Source: Candidatus Obscuribacter sp.
GTDB lineage: Bacteria > Cyanobacteriota > Vampirovibrionia > Obscuribacterales > Obscuribacteraceae
Direction of reading: 5' to 3'
DNA length: 64,000 nt
Assembly (NCBI GenBank): GCA_016712465.1
Contig: JADJQZ010000001.1
Coordinates: 5,477,300 to 5,541,299 of the forward strand
Under the pieces are notes generated by a model. The model did not search any database and was not told the origin of the DNA. It was given only the letters and a program-made list of their open reading frames with translations. The translations under genes and the position numbers were made by a program. Shown piece by piece: positions 48,925-58,024 of the stretch; within the stretch, counting starts at the first letter, position 1; each line of letters begins with the position of its first letter.

Positions 48925-50352
48925 ATGGAAGTACAGGTCTCACAACTCTCCAAATCTTACGCCAGTGAAAACACCGGCAGTAGCGGTGCCGGCGGTAAAA
49001 CCGCCACACTGACCAAGACCGATGCGGTGCAAGAAGTGAATTTCACAATCGCCAGTGGAACTTTCCTGGCTATCGTCGGCCGCTCCGGCTCCGGCAAATC
49101 TACCTTGCTGGCCATGCTCGGCGGCATCTGCCGGCCAAGTAGCGGCAATATCAAACTGGGCGACAAGAGTCTCTGGGAAGAGAGCGAAAGTAAGCGCGCC
49201 GACCTGCGCAATAAAGAAATCGGCTACGTCTTTCAGTTTGCCAGCCTCATGCCTTCTCTCAGGGCCATAGATAACGTGGCACTGCCGGCGCTGGTTTCCG
49301 GTCTGCTCAGCGAGAAGGCGGCCTATGCCAGAGCCAGGGCCCTGCTTATTCAAGTAGGTCTGAATGAGCGCATCGACTCCTACCCGGGTGAGCTATCAGG
49401 TGGAGAGCAAAGACGTGTGGCCATAGCCCGGGCGCTCATCAACGCACCAAAACTACTGCTTGCCGATGAACCTACCGCCGACCTCGATGAAGAGACGGAA
49501 GCGGAGATTCTCAATCTGCTCATTGAGATAAAACAGGCTCACAATTTGACCATGATTCTGGTCACCCATAACAATGACATTGCCGCCCATGCCGACCGCG
49601 TGCTGAGCATGAAGAAAGGCCGGGCTACAATGAGCGACCAGCAGTCTGCCGCCGAACTGAACACAAGCAGGGAGAGGCTGGAGAATATTTTTGCCATCTC
49701 TTCCAAGCAGGTAGAAACCGAAAAAGTAAGCCTGGGTCTGGGCATCGATCGCTATGTGGGGCGCTTTGTACTGGTATTGATACCGGTGCTCTCTCTTATC
49801 TACATTATCAATCTGGCCCTGGCCGGCTACCAGCAAAGCCTCGCCACTGCCAGGCAGGAAGAACAGCAGGCCATGGAAGACCTGGCCATGAGTGATTTGA
49901 AGGCGGGAGTGAAGGCAATTAAAATGCTTGGGAACGACTCTTATGAGTTGGAAGTTTTCTTGCGCAATTCCAGGGGCGATAAGCCCATGTTTGTACTCAA
50001 GCCCGCTGTCAGAGTCTTTGTGCAACTGTCAAACAACTGGCTGGAAACGGCAGCAGAAGCCATAGACCCTCCCGGGCCTGATGTAATGCAGATCAAGGGC
50101 GAACAACTATTTAGATACAAGATAAAACCCACGGTGGCCGGCTATACTCAGTTGATTCCCTACTACATGCACGTGCGCATCACCAACGACATGCTCGTGA
50201 GCGGCAGTAAAACACCGAAAAAAGATCTAATCGAACGCAAAGACAGTTACTATGTCTATCTTAAGCCCTATGGCGTAGCCGACGAAGCCATCGCCGCCAA
50301 GCTAAAGTTTGCCGGTGCACCGCCTGTCTACTTACCGATGCCGCCCCATTAA
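48925..50352 (+). CDS. ABC transporter ATP-binding protein (MacB/LolD-like) fused to a TM helix and a ~170-aa extracytoplasmic C-terminal domain
   Basis: Walker [10 protein letters not shown], signature LSGGEQRRV, Walker [11 protein letters not shown] helix [22 protein letters not shown] followed by an unassigned domain. Confidence 0.8.
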   Translation: MEVQVSQLSKSYASENTGSSGAGGKTATLTKTDAVQEVNFTIASGTFLAIVGRSGSGKSTLLAMLGGICRPSSGNIKLGDKSLWEESESKRADLRNKEIGYVFQFASLMPSLRAIDNVALPALVSGLLSEKAAYARARALLIQVGLNERIDSYPGELSGGEQRRVAIARALINAPKLLLADEPTADLDEETEAEILNLLIEIKQAHNLTMILVTHNNDIAAHADRVLSMKKGRATMSDQQSAAELNTSRERLENIFAISSKQVETEKVSLGLGIDRYVGRFVLVLIPVLSLIYIINLALAGYQQSLATARQEEQQAMEDLAMSDLKAGVKAIKMLGNDSYELEVFLRNSRGDKPMFVLKPAVRVFVQLSNNWLETAAEAIDPPGPDVMQIKGEQLFRYKIKPTVAGYTQLIPYYMHVRITNDMLVSGSKTPKKDLIERKDSYYVYLKPYGVADEAIAAKLKFAGAPPVYLPMPPH

Positions 50353-50412
50353 TTGTCTCCACTAACTGACTCTCTCTCTCAGACTCCAAATATTGACTGT
50401 CTCTCGCTTTTG

Positions 50413-51756
50413 TCATGAGATAAGTATCGCCCTCTCCAGAAAGACTTCCTTTGTTTCTGGAGAGATCCAGGTCCAAACGCCTTCCAGATGACCGTCACTG
50501 TCTATTTTGTAGAGTTTGACAAAATGCTGATCGTTGAGTTTGTTATCCCGAATAGTTCCCTTCGCCAATAACCATCTTCCGAAGCAGATACCGGCACCAA
50601 AATAGGTTCGCCCGTCCTCAAGTTTCCAGGACATATCATATAGAGCTTCTGTCACACTTGAACCAGTTTTTGTCGCGAATAATTGTCCCAGATAGGCATT
50701 TTCATCCTGCCCTACTATGCGATAGTGTTTGCCTAGGTGATTGTCGGTTTTGATTTTCACGACAGGAAGGTTGATCTTCGGCGGTTCTAGCGCACTTGTT
50801 AATGCAACGACGCGAACAGAAGTCTTTATCTGAATGTCGCCATACTGTGTGCGATACGGCTCGACCCGGAGTTCAATGCCCCCTGGATAGCGTTCGCCTG
50901 GCAGGTATATATCGGTTGCGGTTGAGTCGGCTAAAATGAGCGTTCCGCCGAGAGCAAGGGCAACGCCGCATTTCTCGCGCCTTTCGTCAGAATTCGTAAC
51001 AAGGAAAGTGTAGAGACAGCCGCTGACGTGCTTAAAGATCAGTCGGTCATACAGCATTTTTTGGAGCATAAAATCTGTATACACTCTGGTGTATTTGGAC
51101 AGAGTGTCTATCTTAAGCTTCTTAGCATCTAAATTATTGAAAATGCTCTCTCTCTCGGGCTCGAATTCGAATTGAGAGGAGAGCTTCGCGGACAACCCAC
51201 AAGCTTCTTTCAATAGTCTGATGAATGGTCCTGCCTTTGTGGAGTCTGCTAGTTCGCCAGGCCAGGTTGAAGTGAGTCTACTTAGAGAGTGATTACATTC
51301 TTGTTCTAGCAACTGAATGTCTTGGAGTGCTTTCACTATATGGGCCTTGGGATACGCTACGAGAGCAATGCTTCTCTGAAGGCTATTGCACAGTTCAATC
51401 AAGTCTATTGACCTGGCAATTTTGGTCTGTATTGAGGATGCATAGTCCTTGAGTGCTTGCTCTCCGTCTGGTTCTGTTGAAGCATTCATGCAGCGTATTT
51501 GAGCAGCTAGTTGCTCACACTTGGTTTGCTCGACTTCTATTGATTGGAGTATAGAGTTCAGTTCTGTCAGATAGGTTTCTTGATCTGAGGTGGACGAAGC
51601 GGTCGCCTTGTCAATGCCCTCAATTTGGGGGGTCATAGTCTCTAAGACGTAGATGTTTAACTGCTCTCTCCGAGAGTTAATCGCCAGATTGTCTAGAAAG
51701 AGCCCAACGTCCATTTTCACTGTGTCGGAAGTCGAAGATTCTGAATTGTTGTCCAT
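50413..51756 (-). CDS. Hypothetical protein with a helical N-terminal half and a beta-rich C-terminal half, divergent from the ATPase operon
   Basis: 447-aa ORF in an AT-richer segment. No family recognised. Weak resemblance to the N-terminal two thirds of the 52150-53649 product. Confidence 0.6.
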   Translation of the reverse strand: MDNNSESSTSDTVKMDVGLFLDNLAINSRREQLNIYVLETMTPQIEGIDKATASSTSDQETYLTELNSILQSIEVEQTKCEQLAAQIRCMNASTEPDGEQALKDYASSIQTKIARSIDLIELCNSLQRSIALVAYPKAHIVKALQDIQLLEQECNHSLSRLTSTWPGELADSTKAGPFIRLLKEACGLSAKLSSQFEFEPERESIFNNLDAKKLKIDTLSKYTRVYTDFMLQKMLYDRLIFKHVSGCLYTFLVTNSDERREKCGVALALGGTLILADSTATDIYLPGERYPGGIELRVEPYRTQYGDIQIKTSVRVVALTSALEPPKINLPVVKIKTDNHLGKHYRIVGQDENAYLGQLFATKTGSSVTEALYDMSWKLEDGRTYFGAGICFGRWLLAKGTIRDNKLNDQHFVKLYKIDSDGHLEGVWTWISPETKEVFLERAILIS

Positions 51757-52149
51757 GAATTCTTTTTACGTCCTCGCGAGATCTGAGTAGCTTGACTAGC
51801 ACTTAATTTGATTGAAAAACTTCAGTTGACATTTCAGGGGCCAGATTAGAGATTGTCAGGGTGACCACTTTATTTGATTCTATCGAAAGTTGCGAGCTCA
51901 ATTGTTACTGATTCTAGCCCTTGGGAAGTGATTGTATTGCAATGCGCCTTTTGCTGCCTGACTCGTAAGGTAGCCAGAGGCAGGCTGGGATTATGCCTTG
52001 CACAATAATTGGAGACTATTTCTATGGAGGGATTCAAACTTCGCCCCGTTGCCAAGCCCCCCGACTGGTGATCTCATGTACTCGAAATTAATACAGTTTC
52101 GGGAAATTGGATATACCATTCTCACAATTGTCGAACTGGAGTTAGAGCT

Positions 52150-53649
52150 GTGGCACACCTTCATCCTCAACGAAAGATTGAAGAGCGCCTTAAGAATCTG
52201 CAATTGCGAGCAGAGGTGCATTGGGTGCTGCAGCGGCTGCATGAAACTGGTTGTGGAACGATTAGCAGCTTGACGAACATGCTTAGCTTAGTTGAGGCTG
52301 ACGAACTCATTATCGAACGGCTTAGCTCGGCTCACCATTATTTTGACAAGCAGCTTGCCGAGATCCGAGCAAAGAAGCGGACGCTTGTTGAACTCAAAGA
52401 AATGGCACTCATTATTTGTGAAACATTGGTCAACGAGTCCTCAAAAATGAGCGCCGAGCGCTTGTTGGAAATTAGGGAGACTATGATTGATCGATTTATT
52501 TTGTGCCAGCAAAAGGAAGAGTATCGAACATTACGCATCAAAGGACCTATGGTTGATAAGGTCTCCTTCAAATGCCGAAACTCGTCCTATCCGACGACCA
52601 GGATTTTACTAGACATCCTGGAGGCGTGCCATGCAGAGTTTCGCGGCGGAAACGAGGATTTAAGCGACTTTTGGCGATGGTATTCCAAGGATGTAAGCAC
52701 AGAAGAAATCTGGTTCTATCATCATAGTGATTTCGAAAAGTGGAAGTGTATTTTCTTTCGAATCTCAGTCAGATCAAGTGGACGAGGAAGAACTCTCTAT
52801 CTGGAGAGTTTTGTTCCGTTTGGATATGGAAAGGACCCGGCCAATTATCAACTGGAAGCATCCTCAGTCTATCAACGTCCGGGCTGGACGCTTACGCTTG
52901 TTACATCCGAAACAACTTCAACCCAAACTACTGAAACGGAGCAGCAAAGTTACTCTACAAACAGGGGTGTTTCGGTAGGGGAAGGGCGCACATCAAACAA
53001 GAATACTACAGAGGGAGAGTCATCTGGATTGACAGAATCTTTGAATTGGGGCGTTGCAAGTGGGGAAACCTGGTCAAATACCAATTACTCCAGCATGACA
53101 CTAAACCCATTGTCAGCGAGCTCGGGCTCCAGTGCTGGCAGTAGCAGTTCGTTTAACCAGACTTTTTCTGGAGGTTCTGGCAAGAGCACCGCTAAGAATT
53201 ATTCAACGAGTCTTGGCGAGGCACTGAATTATCAAACTACATTGAACGACTCCATTGGGGAGGTAACCTCCTCTGGCATTTCCTTTACAAGCAGCAGGAG
53301 TCTTCAAGTCACTTGTTGGGCCTATGGGATCAATTTCGCCGTTAGCTCCAAGCAACATTTAGAGAAATGGAAAGAGAAAAATCAAGACGCTCGAGATCTT
53401 TACGATAGAGCTTGGGATCTGCTCAGTGAGCTATGCGAGGCGGAAATGTCTCATTTGGACTCAATCTCTTATACCGCAAAGCCCGCTGATTCTCCGTCGG
53501 CATTAGGCTATCTCGAAAAGGTTAAGAGCATTGTCCCAGTGGCTTGTCGCAATATAGGGAGCCAAATTTCCGAGGTGCCTATACAGTCTTCCGTAGAGAA
53601 ATATCTGGGTGCGCCGCCGCTTCATAACGATTACAGTTCTGAAGACTGA
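52150..53649 (+). CDS. Hypothetical protein with a helical N-terminus and a ~140-aa Ser/Thr/Asn/Gly-rich core
   Basis: 499-aa ORF. GTG start with GGAG 8 nt upstream. First gene of a tightly spaced four-gene operon. Confidence 0.65.
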   Translation: MAHLHPQRKIEERLKNLQLRAEVHWVLQRLHETGCGTISSLTNMLSLVEADELIIERLSSAHHYFDKQLAEIRAKKRTLVELKEMALIICETLVNESSKMSAERLLEIRETMIDRFILCQQKEEYRTLRIKGPMVDKVSFKCRNSSYPTTRILLDILEACHAEFRGGNEDLSDFWRWYSKDVSTEEIWFYHHSDFEKWKCIFFRISVRSSGRGRTLYLESFVPFGYGKDPANYQLEASSVYQRPGWTLTLVTSETTSTQTTETEQQSYSTNRGVSVGEGRTSNKNTTEGESSGLTESLNWGVASGETWSNTNYSSMTLNPLSASSGSSAGSSSSFNQTFSGGSGKSTAKNYSTSLGEALNYQTTLNDSIGEVTSSGISFTSSRSLQVTCWAYGINFAVSSKQHLEKWKEKNQDARDLYDRAWDLLSELCEAEMSHLDSISYTAKPADSPSALGYLEKVKSIVPVACRNIGSQISEVPIQSSVEKYLGAPPLHNDYSSED

Positions 53650-53675
53650 GATCACGGTCTTCTGGGGGAGGGCAA

Positions 53676-56534
53676 GTGCCGGGCAAAATCAATTGCAGAG
53701 AGTATTGTGGAGTCAAGATCAAGACTTTGGCAGACTTTCTTACTGACCACACGCTTCTTCAGGAGAAGCTCTCACAGCGACTACCGGAGCACTATGAACG
53801 ATGGACGCAGTTTGTGAAACGCCTATCTGTTTGGAAGAAGTCCGTGTTTTGCTTGCGATTCAACGGCCAACCGGCTGACGGAACTGTCGGTGTTTATTTG
53901 TTGGCGAAACCAAGTGATCCCAATGACCGCGATTGTTTACAAGCAGACTTAGAGTTTGCTCTTTCAGCATATGGAATTCTTCCAGACGTTCAAGATACAA
54001 AACACTGTCTTTCTCTTTTGTCGCCTAAGCAGATAGAAGAATTGCCATTGAGCGATCTTGGAAGGAAGAGGATAAGTCTCGAAGTAGAGAGGGAGTTTGG
54101 TAAAGTCCTGGCCCCTGGGCTTTGCAACAATTCAGTGTTTGCAGCCGTTATGCAAGATGCTCCAACACTCTTGTTCGAGCACGAACAAACTCTGCGCGAC
54201 TTCCTCAAAGATGAGGGCTTAAATCTAGATATATCAGAGAAGAGTGATGCAAAGGGTTGGCTCCCCAATCTTTGGGCGGGACCCAGTGGTCCATTTTTGA
54301 TTCCGTTTAAGGCTCTTATGTCCACTCGCAGCCCTGTTCAAATTTCGGTATATCTTCAACCACACACGATGACTGTGCCTGAGCGAATCTGGATAAAGAG
54401 GCTTGCCCTCTTTGCACAAACTGAAGTACAGCAAACATCTCGCTTCAAGGATCCACTGATGGCAGTAGCTTCTCAGCAGGCTATTAATGTGGTGCGGCGG
54501 CTGGAAGACGGAGCATTTGCGACCTGCGCCGTTGTAGCGGCGCTCGATGGAAACACGGGAGCCGCGCAGAGCGTCGCTCATACTTTGCAGGCACTGTGCC
54601 TTCGAAGTAGAGAAGAAAGTAACGGCAAAGAGGGAGAGTGGCTGGCAACTGCTCGTCTTCACACTAGCGAGAGTGATACGGTTGACGAGGCGAGGCAGTC
54701 GCATGAGAGTCTATCATTTCCGAAATGGTGCGATGTTCCAGGAATGCCTCAGGCTGTTAGAAAACTGCCTTACTTGTCAGATGCAAGAGGCGCGGCTACC
54801 GTGTTCCGCCTGCCGGTGAGTGTCAGAGGTGGTGTCGCTGGCGTCTCCGTGGAGCAACCTATTCCAGACTTTACCCCGGGACTGCGGGAGGAAGAGGAAA
54901 GTAAGAACAGCTTATTAATCGGCAAGTTTCAATCAGGTGGATACGCTTACGTGCCCGTCGATGATTTCGCGAAGCATACCTTAATAACGGGATTTACCGG
55001 CAGCGGGAAGACTCAGACTGTCATGAACCTGATCCATCAACTCTGGTCGAAATTCAAAATTCCATTTTTAGTCATTGAATCTGCAAAGACAGAGTACAGA
55101 GGACTTCTTAACTTTTCCGGCTTTGAATGCGCGGAAGGAAAAAAGAATTTATTGGTGTATACTCTGGGAAACGAGAGTCTCGTCCCATTTCGCCTGAACC
55201 CATTTCAGTTACTACCGGGTGTCCGAGCTGAAGCTCACATTAATCGCTTGCAGAGTTGTTTTGAAGCAACTCTTCCTCCTTTCGGACCAATGTCATCAAT
55301 TCTTGAGCAGTCTTTGATAGAGGTATACCGCGATCAGGGCTGGATGATGACCGACGAAGGCGTCTCAGAAGAGGAGCTGTCGAAGCAAGGAGAATTTTCT
55401 TCGCGCCGGTACCCAAACATGTCTGAGTTTGCAAAAAAGCTTGAAGAGGTAGCAGAGAGCCGAAAGTACCAAGGCGAGAATCGAGCGACTGTTTTGGCAG
55501 CAGTGAGTGGCCGAATTCGTCCGCTCACACGAATAATGAGTAACAGCAAGGGAATGATGCTGGATACTGAGAGTACTAGACCATCAGCTGCTATGCTATT
55601 CTCGACACCTTCGATACTTGAAATGAACGACCTGAATATTCAGGATAAAGCCCTTGTGTCGATGTTTCTCCTGACACTCCTACGAGAGCATCGGGAGCTT
55701 GAACATAAAAACAAGTCCAAGCCTGGCTTGCAGCATGTTACCGTTATTGAAGAAGCACACAATGTGCTGGAGAATGTACGTTCCTATGGCAGCATAGATG
55801 GCGCTGAATCAGATATCCGCTACAAGGCAGTGCAGTCCTTCTGTAGTATGCTCGCTGAAGTACGAGCATTGGGAGAGGGATTAATTATCGCCGACCAGAG
55901 TCCAGAGAAGTTGGCGCCTGATGCTATGCGCAATACAAACATTCAGATTGCCCACCAGCTTCGTGATGCTAGGGATCGTCAATCTATAGCAAACACGATG
56001 ACTATGTCAGAGGAACAACGTGACTATCTAGGTAAGCTTAAGCCTGGATATGCAGCTGTGTTTTACACTGGTCTCCAGCGCGCCAGTTTTGTCAAAGTGC
56101 CTCGTTTCGACAGGCCAGAGTTATTTAAAGCACAAAAGAAGACCGACGGGGTACCATCGGACAAAGAAGTAAGAGATTATATGGCTGATGAGGTGGAGGA
56201 CGTTAGAGAGTTAGTACGTCCCTTCATTGGGTGCTACGGGTGCGGACATATTGAAGAATGCAGCTACAAATGGTCTTCTCGCAACTTGGTGTCGATGCTT
56301 AGCGTTAGCGAAGAGCAAGAGTTCGTAGACGCATTCATCACAGATGTCCCAGATGATAAACGTTTTGCGATGACAGCAGAGTTTTTGCGAAACAAACTCC
56401 CGCTCGGAGCTGACAGAGATCGGCAGTGGTGCCTTCTCCTACATTTAAAGCACAGGTTTTTGCGAAAAGCGAGTGAGGGTGGCATTTCAGATGAATCACT
56501 ATTTCGTGTCTTTTGCAACAATGTGGTTGATTAA
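53676..56534 (+). CDS. HerA/FtsK-superfamily (DUF87-type) P-loop ATPase with a ~430-aa unassigned N-terminal region
   Basis: Walker A GFTGSGKTQ (54990-55013), Walker B VTVIEEAHNVL, and LIIADQSPEKL..NTNIQIAHQL. 952 aa. Cys cluster CYGCGHIEEC near the C-terminus. Confidence 0.8.
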   Translation: MPGKINCREYCGVKIKTLADFLTDHTLLQEKLSQRLPEHYERWTQFVKRLSVWKKSVFCLRFNGQPADGTVGVYLLAKPSDPNDRDCLQADLEFALSAYGILPDVQDTKHCLSLLSPKQIEELPLSDLGRKRISLEVEREFGKVLAPGLCNNSVFAAVMQDAPTLLFEHEQTLRDFLKDEGLNLDISEKSDAKGWLPNLWAGPSGPFLIPFKALMSTRSPVQISVYLQPHTMTVPERIWIKRLALFAQTEVQQTSRFKDPLMAVASQQAINVVRRLEDGAFATCAVVAALDGNTGAAQSVAHTLQALCLRSREESNGKEGEWLATARLHTSESDTVDEARQSHESLSFPKWCDVPGMPQAVRKLPYLSDARGAATVFRLPVSVRGGVAGVSVEQPIPDFTPGLREEEESKNSLLIGKFQSGGYAYVPVDDFAKHTLITGFTGSGKTQTVMNLIHQLWSKFKIPFLVIESAKTEYRGLLNFSGFECAEGKKNLLVYTLGNESLVPFRLNPFQLLPGVRAEAHINRLQSCFEATLPPFGPMSSILEQSLIEVYRDQGWMMTDEGVSEEELSKQGEFSSRRYPNMSEFAKKLEEVAESRKYQGENRATVLAAVSGRIRPLTRIMSNSKGMMLDTESTRPSAAMLFSTPSILEMNDLNIQDKALVSMFLLTLLREHRELEHKNKSKPGLQHVTVIEEAHNVLENVRSYGSIDGAESDIRYKAVQSFCSMLAEVRALGEGLIIADQSPEKLAPDAMRNTNIQIAHQLRDARDRQSIANTMTMSEEQRDYLGKLKPGYAAVFYTGLQRASFVKVPRFDRPELFKAQKKTDGVPSDKEVRDYMADEVEDVRELVRPFIGCYGCGHIEECSYKWSSRNLVSMLSVSEEQEFVDAFITDVPDDKRFAMTAEFLRNKLPLGADRDRQWCLLLHLKHRFLRKASEGGISDESLFRVFCNNVVD

Positions 56535-56569
56535 GAATGGTTTTGTAGCCCTGATATAGGGAAGCTTAT

Positions 56570-58024
56570 ATGTCAGATGAAAAAATGATAGACGGGCAGA
56601 TGGAGAATTCTTCTGAAGCTGACCTCAGAACAAAGGAGAAGATTGGAGCAGCTCTTGCAAGTAATAGTAGGGAGTCAATTCCAGATAGTCCTTGGGAGAA
56701 AGCCGGTGGAGAGAAGGCCGGTGGGAAGAACCTGGAGCGTCGGCTCAGCGGTGAAGACTCGAAATTAGAGTATAGGCAGAATCAACAGATCGGCGAAGCT
56801 GAGTTCTTGCGTAGCACGGGAAAATTTAGTGACAGGAATCTTTCTCGTGTAGTGGAAGCAATTGCGAAGTTACCACCGGATAAACAGGCCCTTGTCCTTG
56901 GTGCAGGGGTTGATGCATTTAGCAAAGAAGCCAGAAAACAAGGACTATCTACCCTAATTGGTACTGTAGCCGGATTTGGTGATGGGTTACAGAACCTTGT
57001 TCGGGTGGCTGCGACACCTGGCAGTATGGTTCGTGAAGGTGTTCAATTTGGTCAAGACTTGCTCCTTGACACCCCTGTGGCTATTGAGAAAGCGAACAAG
57101 GCTCGGTCAACGCTCTCCCAGCTCCTCGTCAATGGCGTAAGGGTTTGGGAGGTTGCGGACAGATATGCAGGTTCGCTTGAAACCGCAGCGAAGTCTGGTG
57201 ATTTTGCGAAGGGATTGCGAGATATCTCAAGGTTTGGCAATCTACTAAATGATCGGTGGAACGGGCTAAGTGTTGAGCAAAGGGCGCAGTTTGCTTCGAA
57301 ACATTTGACAGAACTAGGCGCGACTTTGGGTGGCGGACTCCTTGCTTCGAAACTAGACAAATTAGAAAGAATCACTGTCACGTTAGAGGAGCTGGGTACG
57401 GCAGCGAAATCTGCTGGACGGGGGGCGCAGCTTCGCGCCGAAAAGGTTTTCGACAGAATTCTTGATGAAATGTTTCCGCAGCCTCTTCCTCAAGCTGGTG
57501 GCAGGATTTCCGCTGGACCATTAAAGCCAGCGCCTGATTCGGCCAGAGAGCAAATGATGGCGATGGCGCCGTTCTTCGAGCAAGGGCAGAAGAGAGCTCT
57601 AAACGGAGGTGCTAAGAGAGCAGCGAAAGTGACAGGTAAGTCCGAAGAAGAGCTTCGGAAGGAGCTAAAAACCGATCCTGATTATCTTGAGAAGGCTACG
57701 AATGGTCAACTTATATACATGGAGAAACAATATCGAGAGATTTACCTGTCAGCGCATCCACAATACAGAAACTTCAGTAAACCATTTGAGGTTCACCACA
57801 GGATTCCGCAGGACGTCTTGACCAGACATCCCAAACTCTTCAGCCACAAGGAAATACATGACATTCGGAATCTCGTTGGTATTCCCCGTGACGCGGGAGT
57901 TCATGGCGGAATAAAGACTAAATGGAATGAGTTTTTCGAGACTCATCCAAGTCCTACTAAAGAGCAGGTCATTGAGTTCGCTGTGAAAATTGACAAAAAG
58001 AACGGGAGACACTACCTGAAATGA
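56570..58024 (+). CDS. Polymorphic-toxin-like protein with a C-terminal xHH (AHH/SHH/LHH-type, HNH/EndoVII fold) nuclease domain
   Basis: C-terminal FEVHHRIPQDV..(HH at 57794-57799)..IRNLVGIPRDAGVHGGI..W. Helical N-terminal ~380 aa without a signal peptide. Confidence 0.6.
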   Translation: MSDEKMIDGQMENSSEADLRTKEKIGAALASNSRESIPDSPWEKAGGEKAGGKNLERRLSGEDSKLEYRQNQQIGEAEFLRSTGKFSDRNLSRVVEAIAKLPPDKQALVLGAGVDAFSKEARKQGLSTLIGTVAGFGDGLQNLVRVAATPGSMVREGVQFGQDLLLDTPVAIEKANKARSTLSQLLVNGVRVWEVADRYAGSLETAAKSGDFAKGLRDISRFGNLLNDRWNGLSVEQRAQFASKHLTELGATLGGGLLASKLDKLERITVTLEELGTAAKSAGRGAQLRAEKVFDRILDEMFPQPLPQAGGRISAGPLKPAPDSAREQMMAMAPFFEQGQKRALNGGAKRAAKVTGKSEEELRKELKTDPDYLEKATNGQLIYMEKQYREIYLSAHPQYRNFSKPFEVHHRIPQDVLTRHPKLFSHKEIHDIRNLVGIPRDAGVHGGIKTKWNEFFETHPSPTKEQVIEFAVKIDKKNGRHYLK

